Positions 17,454 through 26,786 of a stretch of DNA of 32,000 bases are shown here, one piece after another; positions within the stretch are counted from its first letter, which is position 1; every line of letters begins with the position of its first letter. Source of the stretch: Nitratidesulfovibrio vulgaris str. Hildenborough (lineage in GTDB: Bacteria > Desulfobacterota > Desulfovibrionia > Desulfovibrionales > Desulfovibrionaceae); assembly GCF_000195755.1 (NCBI RefSeq), contig NC_002937.3, positions 3,300,001 through 3,332,000 of the forward strand. The letters are read 5' to 3'. The position numbers and the translations under genes are program-made. The notes beneath the pieces are model-generated. The model ran no database searches. It was not told the origin of the DNA and worked only from the letters and a program-made list of their open reading frames with translations.

Positions 17454-18503
17454 GTGTCCACAATCGTTCTCGACAAGGTCAGCAGGCACTGGGGCGACGT
17501 GCGCGCCGTAGACGACGTCAGCTTCGAGGTCGAACAGGGCGACATGCTCGTCCTTCTCGGCCCTTCGGGTTGCGGCAAGTCGACCACGTTACGGCTCATC
17601 GCCGGGCTGGAGTCCGTCACCTCCGGGCGCATCCTCATCGGCGGACGCGACGTCACCAACCTGCCCCCGGCCCAGCGCCAGCTTGCGATGGTCTTCCAGT
17701 CGTATGCCCTGTTCCCCCACCTGACGGTTCGCGACAACATCCTCTTCGGGCTTGTCGTGCGCAAGGTTCCCGCTGCGGAACGCCAGAAGCGCCTCGACCG
17801 GGCCGTCGAGATACTCGGACTCGGCAAGCTGCTCGAACGCAAGCCCGGCGAACTCTCCGGCGGTCAGCAGCAGCGCGTGGCACTGGGACGCGCCCTCGTG
17901 GCTGAGGCCGCCGTGTGCCTCATGGACGAACCCCTCTCGAACCTCGACGCCAAACTCCGTCAGGAGATGCGCCGCGAGATACGCGCCCTGCAGCAGACCC
18001 TGGGCATGACCATGGTCTACGTCACCCATGACCAGACCGAGGCCATGAGCATGGCCGACCGCATCATCCTCATGCAGGGCGGTCGCATCGTACAGAACGC
18101 CACCCCCACCGAGATGTACTCCCGTCCCGCCACCGCCTTCGCGGGCAGCTTCATCGGCACGCCGCCCATGAACCTCGTCCGCCTTCAGGGGAATGACGAC
18201 GGCATCCGCGTCGCGGGCAGCCGTTCGGGTCGCGTGACGTGCCACGCCGGGGCCGACTGCATGCTGGGCATCCGCCCCGAGCACATCCGCATCGTAGACG
18301 ACGGCTGGCGTGCCGTGGTCGAGAGTGTGGAGTACCTCGGTTCGAACTCTGTCCTGTCGTGCCGGGTGGGCAGCGAGGAACTTTCCGTTGTCGTGCATGG
18401 CGTGACCGACACCGTGGTCGGCGCCGAAATCTACCTGCACTGCCCCGAAGAGCACGTCCACATCTTCGACGCCGCCACAGGGGCAAGACACGCGACGACG
18501 TAG
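17454..18503 (+). CDS. ugpC: ABC importer ATPase, MalK/UgpC type
   Basis: GTG 17454 follows AAAGGGGG. The N-terminus VSTIVLDKVSRHWGDVRAVDDVSFEV matches the MalK/UgpC layout. Motifs are Walker A GPSGCGKST, Q-loop, signature LSGGQQQRVALGRAL, Walker B CLMDEPLSNLD and a C-terminal regulatory OB domain. The gene symbol is tentative. Confidence 0.85.
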   Translation: MSTIVLDKVSRHWGDVRAVDDVSFEVEQGDMLVLLGPSGCGKSTTLRLIAGLESVTSGRILIGGRDVTNLPPAQRQLAMVFQSYALFPHLTVRDNILFGLVVRKVPAAERQKRLDRAVEILGLGKLLERKPGELSGGQQQRVALGRALVAEAAVCLMDEPLSNLDAKLRQEMRREIRALQQTLGMTMVYVTHDQTEAMSMADRIILMQGGRIVQNATPTEMYSRPATAFAGSFIGTPPMNLVRLQGNDDGIRVAGSRSGRVTCHAGADCMLGIRPEHIRIVDDGWRAVVESVEYLGSNSVLSCRVGSEELSVVVHGVTDTVVGAEIYLHCPEEHVHIFDAATGARHATT

Positions 18504-18605
18504 CGACGCACTGCCGTAACCTGCGGCAGGTACACCACCCGTCGATTCTGGATCAGGCTGCACCGTTCATTCGCACCGAGCAACATCTCGAAGGAGGACG
18601 CACAC

Positions 18606-19901
18606 ATGGCCCTATTCCGCAAAACCTGCGCACTGGTGGCGGCTTCGCTGCTGTCGCTGACCCTGATGGCGGGCACCGCGCTCGCAGAAAAGGTCAATCT
18701 CACCTTCTACTTCCCGGTCTCCGTCGGCGGCCCCATCACCAAGATTGTCGAGGGCATGACAGAGCAGTTCATGAAGGAACACCCCGACATCAACATCACC
18801 CCCGTCTACGCAGGCATCTACCGCGAGACGCTCACCAAGGCGCTCACGGCCCTGCGTGGCGGTGAACCGCCCCATGTTGCCGTGCTGCTCTCCACCGACA
18901 TGTACACCCTCATCGACGAGGATGCCATCGTCCCCTACGACAGCATCATGAAGCCCGAAGAGATGGCCTTCACCAAGGCCTTCTTCCCCGGCTTCATGAG
19001 CAACAGCCAGACCGGCGGCAAGACGTGGGGCATTCCCTTCCAGCGCTCGACCATCGTCATGTACTGGAACAAGGAGGCCTTCAAGGCTGCGGGCCTCGAC
19101 CCTGACAAGGCCCCTGCCAACTGGCAGGAACTGGTCGCCATGGGCAAGAAGCTCACCGTCAAGGACGAAAGCGGCAAGGTCACCCAGTGGGGCGTCGCCA
19201 TCCCGTCCACCGGCTATGCCTACTGGATGCTGCAGGCCCTCGCCATCCAGAACGGCGTGGAACTCATGAACGCCGAAGGCACCAAGACCTACTTCGACGA
19301 CCCCAAGGCCATCGAAGCCCTCACCTTCCTCGTCGACCTCGCCGGAAAGCACGGCGTGTCGCCCTCCGGCACCATCGACTGGGCCACCACCCCGCGTGAC
19401 TTCTTCGAACGCAAGACCGCCATCATGTGGACCACCACCGGCAACCTGACCAACGTCCGCAAGAACGCGCAGTTCCCCTTCGGTGTGGGCATGCTGCCCG
19501 CCAACACCCGTCCCGGTTCGCCCACGGGCGGCGGCAACTTCTACATCTTCAAGAAGAGCACCCCCGCCGAACGTCAGGCCGCCGTCACTTTCGTGAAGTG
19601 GATGACCAGCGCCGAACGCGCAGCCCAGTGGGGTATCGACACCGGCTATGTGGCGGTGCGCCCCGACGCATGGGAGACCAAGGCCATGAAGGACTACGTG
19701 GCCTCGTTCCCCTACGCCGCCATCGCCCGCGACCAGCTGGCCCACGGCGTGGCCGAACTCTCCACCCACGACAACCAGCGCGTGACCAAGGCGCTTGACG
19801 ACGCCATCCAGGCTGCCGTCACCGGCTCCAAGACGCCTGCCGAAGCACTCAAGGCAGCCCAGAAGGAAGCCGAACGCATCCTGCGCCGTTACGCGAAGTA
19901 G
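18606..19901 (+). CDS. ugpB: periplasmic solute-binding protein (family 1), UgpB-like (sn-glycerol-3-phosphate/glycerophosphodiester class)
   Basis: AAGGAGGA lies upstream and the signal peptide ends ..AGTALA. Blocks resemble E. coli UgpB as I recall it: [34 protein letters not shown] versus [42 protein letters not shown] and [25 protein letters not shown] also match. The substrate call is tentative. Confidence 0.8.
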   Translation: [431 protein letters not shown]

Positions 19902-19974
19902 ACTGTTGCACACTGCGGGGCGGGTGTGACGCCCGTCCCGCTTCTTCCGTCTTACGTATCTCTGGAGGAGAGAC

Positions 19975-20856
19975 GTGCCCAGACCCGCCACCATGCGGAA
20001 CATCCATGCATGGCTGCTGCTTCTGCCAGCCATGGCCTTCATCGTGGCGTTCACCCACGTTCCGGCAGTGAACACCTTCATCCACAGCTTCATGCTGGAT
20101 GGCAAGGGCGGTGCCCCTGCCACCTTCGTGGGCCTCGAGCACTACATGTACCTCTTCGAGGACGAAGTGTTCCGCAAGGCGCTGGTCAACAACCTGCTCT
20201 TCGCCTCGGGCACCATCCCCCTCTCCATCGGCCTCGCCATGCTGATGGCCTTCATGGTGAACGCAGGGCTTGCGGGCCAGTCCGTGCTGCGGCTGTGCTA
20301 TTTCGTGCCCACGGTGCTGCCCATGATCGCCGTCGCCAACATCTGGCTCTTCTTCTTCACGCCCGAATACGGACTGCTTGAACAGGTGCGTGGTGCGCTG
20401 GGCTTCTCGGGCGTCAACTGGCTTGGCAACGAATCGACGGCCCTGCCGTGCGTCATCGCCGTCGCCGTATGGAAGGACGCGGGCTTCTTCATGATCTTCT
20501 ACCTCGCCGCATTGCAGCAGATTTCTCCGTCGCTGGGCGAGGCCGCCATGCTCGAAGGGGCATCGCGACTCTATTTCTACCGCCGCGTCGTCATTCCCCT
20601 GCTCATGCCCACGACGCTCTTCGTGCTGGTCAACGCCACCATCAACGCCTTCCGCATGGTCGACCACCTCTTCGTCCTCACGCAGGGCGGCCCCAACAAC
20701 GCCAGTTCGCTGCTGCTCTACTACATCTACGAAGTGAGCTTCAAATACTGGGATACGGGCTACGGTGCGGCACTGACCATGGTGTTGCTGGCCTTCCTCG
20801 GACTGGCCTCCATCGGGCAGTTCGGTTTCTTCGAGCGCAAGGTGCACTACAGATGA
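19975..20856 (+). CDS. ugpA: ABC importer permease (MalF/UgpA-like)
   Basis: Six predicted TM segments with the EAA loop (EAAMLEGASRLYFYRRVVIPLL). GTG 19975 follows GGAGGAG. An alternative start is ATG 19993. Confidence 0.8.
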   Translation: MPRPATMRNIHAWLLLLPAMAFIVAFTHVPAVNTFIHSFMLDGKGGAPATFVGLEHYMYLFEDEVFRKALVNNLLFASGTIPLSIGLAMLMAFMVNAGLAGQSVLRLCYFVPTVLPMIAVANIWLFFFTPEYGLLEQVRGALGFSGVNWLGNESTALPCVIAVAVWKDAGFFMIFYLAALQQISPSLGEAAMLEGASRLYFYRRVVIPLLMPTTLFVLVNATINAFRMVDHLFVLTQGGPNNASSLLLYYIYEVSFKYWDTGYGAALTMVLLAFLGLASIGQFGFFERKVHYR

Positions 20857-21686
20857 AGCAGACGAACATCTACGACAGCCGGGGTCTCGCACGCGCCCTC
20901 GACACCACCGCGGCATGGACGCTGGCCATCATGTGGGCGCTGCCCCTGCTCTATGCCATATGGACGGCCTTTCATCCTTCGGCCTATTCGACACGCTTCA
21001 CACTGAACGCGCCGCTCACGCTGGAGAACTTCGTGACGGCGTGGCATGCGGCGCCCTTCGCGCTCTACTTCGTCAACACGGTGCTGCTCGTCACCATGGT
21101 ACTGGCGGCACAGCTGGTGCTTTGCACGCTGGCGGCCTACGCCTTCGCCAAGTACGACTTCAGGGGCAAGAACATCATGTTCGCGCTGGTCCTCATGCAG
21201 CTCATGATCATGCCCGACGTGCTGGTGGTGGAGAACTACCGCACCATGGCGAGCATCGGCGTGCTCGACTCCACCCTTGCCATCGGCCTGCCGTACATGG
21301 CCTCGGCCTTCGGCATCTTCCTGCTGCGCCAGACCTTCAAGAGCATCCCCAAGGAACTTGACGAGGCCGCCGCCGTGGAAGGGGCGAGCACCCTCCAGAT
21401 TCTGTGGAAGGTGTACGTGCCGCTGGGCAAACCGGTCTACCTCGCCTATGCGCTGGTCTCCATCAGCTACCACTGGAACAACTTCCTCTGGCCGCTCATC
21501 GTCACCAACACCACCAACTCCCGACCGCTCACCGTGGGCTTGCAGGTCTTCTCCTCCACGGAACAGGGGGTGGACTGGGCCATCATCACCGCCGCCACAC
21601 TCATGACCTCCGGGCCGCTGCTGGTCGCCTTCCTCCTGTTCCAGCGGCAGTTCGTGCAGTCGTTCATGCGGGCGGGCATCAAGTAG
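20853..21686 (+). CDS. ugpE: ABC importer permease (MalG/UgpE-like)
   Basis: ATG 20853 overlaps the ugpA stop (ATGA). The EAA loop is EAAAVEGASTLQILWKVYVPL. The track ORF start at 20448 lies inside ugpA and was rejected. Confidence 0.8.
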   Translation: MKQTNIYDSRGLARALDTTAAWTLAIMWALPLLYAIWTAFHPSAYSTRFTLNAPLTLENFVTAWHAAPFALYFVNTVLLVTMVLAAQLVLCTLAAYAFAKYDFRGKNIMFALVLMQLMIMPDVLVVENYRTMASIGVLDSTLAIGLPYMASAFGIFLLRQTFKSIPKELDEAAAVEGASTLQILWKVYVPLGKPVYLAYALVSISYHWNNFLWPLIVTNTTNSRPLTVGLQVFSSTEQGVDWAIITAATLMTSGPLLVAFLLFQRQFVQSFMRAGIK

Positions 21687-21692
21687 GACGCC

Positions 21693-22553
21693 ATGGCACG
21701 CCTTGCAGTCGAACCGCTTGAGGCACTGGCGCGGTATCAGGGCGAACCGGCCCTTGCCGCCATGCGCCGCGAATTCCTGCCCGCCGTGACCGACCCCGTA
21801 TGGCGCGGCCTCGTCGAGGAGTTCCTGACGCTCGACGAACCGCTCACGCCCTATGCCCATCAGTGCCGCCGGGTATGGAGCTTCGCCGCCTCTCCGGGGT
21901 CGGGGGCGCACCACGCCCACATCGGAGGGCTGGCACTGCATGTCCTGCAAGACCTGCGCAACGCGCGCGCCCTTGCCGAAGCCCACGAGGCGCGGGGACT
22001 GGCGCTGGACAGAGGGCTGCTCTTCGCCGCCATCATGCTGCACGACTGCCTCAAGCGCTTCGTCTACGACTTCGATGACGACTACGCCCTCGTGAAGGCC
22101 GAAGACCCTTTCATCGCCAGACATGAAGACCATCATTCGTGGATGCTCCGTGAACTTGTCGCCCGCGGTGTCGACCGCACTCTCGTGCTTGCCGTGGCCG
22201 CCATGCACGGCCTCGACGACGTGAGCCTCGCCAGCGGCGTACGCCCGCTGGCCGTGGTCAACCACTATCTGGAGATTGGCCTCACAGGGCTCGAGATGCA
22301 GCCGGAGGATGTCCGTGCCGAACACAGCATCGGCTTCCTCTCAGACTCGGACTGGCCATGGAGTGGACGCGCCCAGCAGAGGGCGCGGGAAGTCGCCGCG
22401 GCACTGTCCCCGCGCTTCGAGGTGACGACGGGCTACATGAACCTGTATCTGGGGTCGCGTTTCAGCTTCGAGCACATCGACAGCCTGTTGCGGACGAAAG
22501 GGCATGACGGCACCGTCGACCATCTCAGTACGCTTCTGGAGAAGCAGGGCTGA
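21693..22553 (+). CDS. HD-domain metal-dependent phosphohydrolase, function unknown
   Basis: The ORF starts 6 nt after the ugpE stop. HD-superfamily motifs appear in order: GAHHAHIGGLALHVLQ (H...GGLxxH as in YhaM-type HD proteins), AIMLHDCLK (the HD dyad), HEDHHSW and AAMHG. Confidence 0.7.
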   Translation: MARLAVEPLEALARYQGEPALAAMRREFLPAVTDPVWRGLVEEFLTLDEPLTPYAHQCRRVWSFAASPGSGAHHAHIGGLALHVLQDLRNARALAEAHEARGLALDRGLLFAAIMLHDCLKRFVYDFDDDYALVKAEDPFIARHEDHHSWMLRELVARGVDRTLVLAVAAMHGLDDVSLASGVRPLAVVNHYLEIGLTGLEMQPEDVRAEHSIGFLSDSDWPWSGRAQQRAREVAAALSPRFEVTTGYMNLYLGSRFSFEHIDSLLRTKGHDGTVDHLSTLLEKQG

Positions 22554-22605
22554 TGCGGCACCCCGGCAGCGCCACGCCCCCGGCGGCACGTACGGGGCCC
22601 GCAGC

Positions 22606-23262
22606 ATGAGCGTCCGCAAACTCTTCTGGGACGACCCTGCCCTCACCGAGACGGAGGCTGTCGTGACCGGCGTCGAAAACGACGTCATCACGCTGGACAG
22701 GACCGTGGCCTTCGCCTTCTCGGGCGGGCAGGAGTCCGACAGGGGCACCATCGCCGGACATGCCATCCTCAAGGCGGTCAAAGGGTCCCCTTGCGACCCG
22801 CTCGAACTGTACTACACCCTCCCCGCCGGACATGGCCTCACCCCCGGCAGCCGCGTGACCGTATGCATCGATGGCGAGGCACGTCGCAGACTCGTGCGGC
22901 TGCACTTCGCTGCCGAACTGGTGCTGGAACTCGTCAACCGGCACTACGACCATCCCGAGAAGACCGGCGCGCACATCTCCCCCGACAAGGCGCGGCTCGA
23001 CTTCGCATGGCAGGGCAACATCTCCGTGGCGTTCCCCATGCTCCATGAGAGGCTCAGCGCACTGGTGGCCGCAGACCTGCCCATTGAAAGCAGCTTCGAG
23101 GACGAGTCCACAGAGGTCCGTTACTGGAGCATCGAAGGGTTCGCACGTGTCCGCTGTGGAGGGACGCACCCCGCATCGACGGGCGCGGTAGGGCGTATCC
23201 GGCTGCGTCGCGAGAATCCGGGCAGCGGGCGTGAACGCATCGTGATCCTCCTCGACGACTGA
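22606..23262 (+). CDS. alaX: AlaX-like protein (Ala/Thr-tRNA synthetase second additional/editing domain)
   Basis: The N-terminus MSVRKLFWDDPALTETEAVVTGV is typical of AlaX. RCGGTH is the C-x3-H zinc motif. The first zinc motif reads LHFAAEL, which is H-x3-E rather than the usual H-x3-H. The track start at 22504 overlaps the HD gene and was rejected. Confidence 0.75.
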   Translation: MSVRKLFWDDPALTETEAVVTGVENDVITLDRTVAFAFSGGQESDRGTIAGHAILKAVKGSPCDPLELYYTLPAGHGLTPGSRVTVCIDGEARRRLVRLHFAAELVLELVNRHYDHPEKTGAHISPDKARLDFAWQGNISVAFPMLHERLSALVAADLPIESSFEDESTEVRYWSIEGFARVRCGGTHPASTGAVGRIRLRRENPGSGRERIVILLDD

Positions 23263-23355
23263 CGACGGACAGGGACGGGACGCCGGGCTTCTTGCCTATG
23301 ACGCTACGACGGGGTATCAACTGCGGGTCGAACCGCAACCCACAGGACACACCCC

Positions 23356-23838
23356 ATGAGCCGTTACGATGACTTCACCGAGGTAGAGCGCGCCATTCTG
23401 CGCATCGTGCAGTCCAACCTGCCCGACAGCCTCACCCCCTACGCCGACATCGCCCGCGAGGTGGGAACCGACGAGGAGACCGTGCTCGCCCTCTTGCGCT
23501 CCCTCAAGGAGGAAGGCCCCATCCGACGTTTCGGTGCCAGTATCAAGCACCAGCGTGCCGGATGGAACCACAACGCCATGGTGGCGTGGAAGGTCGACCC
23601 CGCCATCGTCGAGGAGGCGGGCACCAAGGCGGCCGAGCATCCGCACATCTCGCACGTCTACTATCGGCCCTCTTCGGCCCCCGACTGGCCCTACGAACTG
23701 TACACCATGATCCATGGTCGCCATGCGACCGCCCACATGGACGTCATCGAACAGTTGCGCCGTGAGACGCCACTTGAGGAGTTCGCCGTGCTTGAGAGCC
23801 TCCGCGAGCTCAAGAAGACATCCATGACCTATTTCTAG
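23356..23838 (+). CDS. ahbB: siroheme decarboxylase subunit (AhbA/AhbB, NirD/L/G/H family; Lrp/AsnC-like fold), alternative heme biosynthesis
   Basis: 160 aa, with an N-terminal wHTH ([51 protein letters not shown]). The C-terminal domain carries the family pattern [13 protein letters not shown]...[11 protein letters not shown]. It sits next to hemL. The subunit assignment (B versus A) is from memory of D. vulgaris. Confidence 0.72.
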
Positions 23839-23905
23839 AGGCCCTGCCGCGCACGACGCGCGGCCCCGCCCTCTTCGCAGCAACCGCAACGACAGGGAGC
23901 CAGCC

Positions 23906-25177
23906 ATGTCACAACGCTCCAGCGAACTCTTCGAACGCGCCCAGCAACTCATCCCCGGTGGCGTCAACAGCCCCGTCCGCGCCTGTCTCGGCGTCGATAG
24001 CGAGCCCCTGTTCATCGCCCGTGCCGCCGGAAGCCGCCTGCATACCGTCGACGGCGAGACCTTCATCGACTTCGTCGAATCGTGGGGCCCCATGCTACTG
24101 GGCCACACCCACCCCGAAGTGACTGCCGCCGTACATGCCGCCGTCGACCGGGGCACAAGCTACGGTGCCCCCTGTGAGGACGAGGTCGTCCTCGCCGCCA
24201 AGGTCGTCGACGCCCTGCCCGGCGTCGACATGGTGCGCATGGTCAACTCCGGTACGGAAGCGACCATGAGCGCGCTGCGCCTTGCGCGCGGCTATACGGG
24301 CCGCACCAAGCTGGTCAAGTTCGTGGGCTGCTACCACGGGCACGCAGACCCCTTCCTCGCCAGCGCAGGTTCGGGCGTGGCCACGCTCTCCATCCCCGGC
24401 ACTCCGGGCGTGCCTGAAAGCACCGTACGCGACACCCTGCTCGCCCCCTACAACGACCTCGCCGCCGTGAAGGACCTTTTCGCCCTGCACGGCAAGGACA
24501 TCGCAGCCATCATCGTCGAGGCAGTGGCAGGCAACATGGGCCTCGTGCCCCCCAAGGCCGGTTTCCTCGAGGGACTGCGCGAACTGTGCGACCAGCATGG
24601 CGCGCTTCTCATCTTCGATGAGGTCATCACCGGCTTCCGCGTGTCCTTCGGCGGGGCGCAGCAGCGCTTCGGCATCACGCCCGACCTGACCACCCTCGGC
24701 AAGATCATCGGCGGCGGCCTGCCCGTCGGGGCGTACGGCGGCAAGCGCGAGATCATGCAGCGCATCGCCCCCTGCGGCGAAGTCTATCAGGCGGGTACGC
24801 TCTCGGGTAACCCGCTGGCCATGGCCGCAGGCATCGCCACCCTCGACGTTCTGTCCCGCAGTGACTACGCGGGGCTCGAAGCCCGTGTCGCCGCCTTCGT
24901 GAAGGAACTCGAGGCCATCCTCAAGGGCAAGGGGGTGCCTGTCCGCATCAACACGCTGGCCTCCATGTTCACCGTGTTCTTCACCAACGACCCCGTCACG
25001 GACTTCGCCTCGGCCAAGACCGCAGACGGCGCGCTGTACACCAGCTTCTACAAGCAGATGCGCGCGCAGGGCATCTATCTGGCACCCTCGCCCTTCGAGG
25101 CGGCCATGGTCTCGTTCGCGCACACCGACGACGACCTTGCCGCCATGCTCGACGCCGCGCGCAAGGTCACGTTCTAG
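23906..25177 (+). CDS. hemL: glutamate-1-semialdehyde 2,1-aminomutase
   Basis: The N-terminus is [21 protein letters not shown]. The PLP-lysine region is [20 protein letters not shown]. Length is 423 aa. Confidence 0.96.
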   Translation: MSQRSSELFERAQQLIPGGVNSPVRACLGVDSEPLFIARAAGSRLHTVDGETFIDFVESWGPMLLGHTHPEVTAAVHAAVDRGTSYGAPCEDEVVLAAKVVDALPGVDMVRMVNSGTEATMSALRLARGYTGRTKLVKFVGCYHGHADPFLASAGSGVATLSIPGTPGVPESTVRDTLLAPYNDLAAVKDLFALHGKDIAAIIVEAVAGNMGLVPPKAGFLEGLRELCDQHGALLIFDEVITGFRVSFGGAQQRFGITPDLTTLGKIIGGGLPVGAYGGKREIMQRIAPCGEVYQAGTLSGNPLAMAAGIATLDVLSRSDYAGLEARVAAFVKELEAILKGKGVPVRINTLASMFTVFFTNDPVTDFASAKTADGALYTSFYKQMRAQGIYLAPSPFEAAMVSFAHTDDDLAAMLDAARKVTF

Positions 25178-25201
25178 GCCGCGCCCCGTCATTGTCATCC
25201 G

Positions 25202-25236
25202 ACGCCGTGCGGCCATCGAGGTCGCACGGCGTTTTG
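25202..25236 (+). terminator. rho-independent terminator after hemL
   Basis: A perfect 10-bp stem pairs ACGCCGTGCG (25202-25211) with CGCACGGCGT (25223-25232) across an 11-nt loop, running into TTTTGC. Confidence 0.7.
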
Positions 25237-25297
25237 CATACGCGACACCACCCTCTGGACAGCCAGACCTCAGGCCCCTGAACATCCCCGGAAAGCC

Positions 25298-26494
25298 ATG
25301 GAACCGTCCGACATCGCCTGCCATGCCCTCACGCCGCAGGGGGCCGACCTCGCCCGACGCATCGCCACCGCGCTGCATGGCACGGTGTATCTGCCACGCA
25401 GGTTCGCACAAGATGGTGAGCACGCCTTCGACGCGCTGGCCCCCCATCTTGCCGCCACGTTCCGTGCCCACTCCGGCCATGTGTTCATCGCTGCCGCGGG
25501 TATCGTTGTGCGTGGCCTCGCCCCGCTGCTTGGGCGCAAGGACACCGACCCGGCAGTGGTGGTCTGCGACCAGCACGGGGCCTACGCCATCAGCCTTCTG
25601 TCGGGGCATCTCGGCGGCGCCAACGACCTCGCCCGGCACGTGGCGCACATCACGGGCGGCCACGCCGTCATCACCACAGCCACAGACACGGCGGGGCTTC
25701 CCTCGCTGGACATGGCGGCGCGCGACGCCGGATGCGCCATCCGCAACCTTGGGGCGGTGAAAGCCATCAATGGCGCCCTGCTTGAGGGGCGTCCGGTGAT
25801 GCTGTTCGACCCGCAGGACAGGTTGGGGCTTGCAAGGCATGTTGCAGGGCAGGACGCTGCCGGAGACGAGAACGCCAAGGCCAGCCGGACGGATGAAGAC
25901 TCGGCAGCCCATGACGACCGGCCTGACGGCGGCCCGACAACCGGCGTCGACGATGCGGATGCCGCACCAGCCACACGTGTCAGTGCAAGCCACGCGCCCC
26001 TATTCCGGTGTGTGGCCGACCTCGATACCCTTTTGGCACTCCCGCACGACGTCGCCTGCGTCGCCGTCACATGGCGCGACATACCGGGTACGCGTAGCCG
26101 TCTCGTGCTCCATCCTCCCGTCATCCACGCCGGAATAGGATGCAGGCGCGGGGCTGGCGTCGAGGCCGTGGCCCGCCTGCTGGACGAGGCGCTGCGCATG
26201 GCTGGCGCAGCGTCGCACTCGCTGGCGGCACTGCACACCGTCGACATCAAGGGTGATGAACCCGCCCTGCATGCCGTGGCTGCCGCACGGGACGTTCGCC
26301 TCCATTGCCATGCTGCCGCGTCACTCGCCGCCATCGAGGTCCCCAACCCCACGCCCAAAGCGGCGGAGGTGCTCGGCACGGGACCTGTGGGCGTCTGCGA
26401 GGCCGCAGCCATTCTCGGTTCAGGCGGCGGCAGGCTGCTGGTCGAAAAGATGAAGGGCGACGGGGTCACCGTGGCCCTTGCCCTGCGCCCATGA
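25298..26494 (+). CDS. cbiG: cobalt-precorrin-5A hydrolase CbiG
   Basis: The CbiG N and middle domains show FIAAAGIVVRGLAPLLGRKDTDPAVVVCDQHGAYAISLLSGHLGGANDLA and ITTATD. The C-terminal domain shows AGIGCRRG...LHTVDIKGDEPAL...VCEAAA. A ~60-aa acidic low-complexity insert (GQDAAGDENAKASRTDEDSAAHDDRPDGGPTTGVDDADAAP) separates the domains. Confidence 0.85.
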   Translation: MEPSDIACHALTPQGADLARRIATALHGTVYLPRRFAQDGEHAFDALAPHLAATFRAHSGHVFIAAAGIVVRGLAPLLGRKDTDPAVVVCDQHGAYAISLLSGHLGGANDLARHVAHITGGHAVITTATDTAGLPSLDMAARDAGCAIRNLGAVKAINGALLEGRPVMLFDPQDRLGLARHVAGQDAAGDENAKASRTDEDSAAHDDRPDGGPTTGVDDADAAPATRVSASHAPLFRCVADLDTLLALPHDVACVAVTWRDIPGTRSRLVLHPPVIHAGIGCRRGAGVEAVARLLDEALRMAGAASHSLAALHTVDIKGDEPALHAVAAARDVRLHCHAAASLAAIEVPNPTPKAAEVLGTGPVGVCEAAAILGSGGGRLLVEKMKGDGVTVALALRP

Positions 26495-26786
26495 AAGGGG
26501 GGCGCGCAACGCAAGCCATGGCAGGGCCCCGTAGATGGCGCTCGTTGCGACCAGCCGTCAACGGAAGAAGGTACCGCCGGGTCTGTCTGCCCCACCCCGA
26601 ATGCAGGGGTAGGCACGACCGCCCAGTACACACGGGGGAGTGCCGATGCGACCATGCACCACCAATCTTGACCGGCACCCCCGAGTCCGCGCTGGGGCAA
26701 GCCTTCAGCACCCCCGTAGTCCGTGCATGGTCGTCCGCCGTGCAATCCTCTAGTATCACTCTCATACGCTTTCCATGAGGAACCCC

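Noticed and set aside
23310-23345. tRNA-like T-arm sequence (TGCGG-GTCGAA-CCGCA) upstream of ahbB.
   Set aside because: The loop is 6 nt and is not the TTCRANY consensus. No matching acceptor, D or anticodon arms can be drawn in the flanking ~70 nt.
26495-26786. Possible cobalamin riboswitch between cbiG and cbiH.
   Set aside because: I could not recognise a B12 box (AGYCMGGAGACCKGCC-like) or the GGGAA...GGTG...CCCGC...ACTG core on either strand. Only a loose CCGCCCAGTAC resemblance is present.
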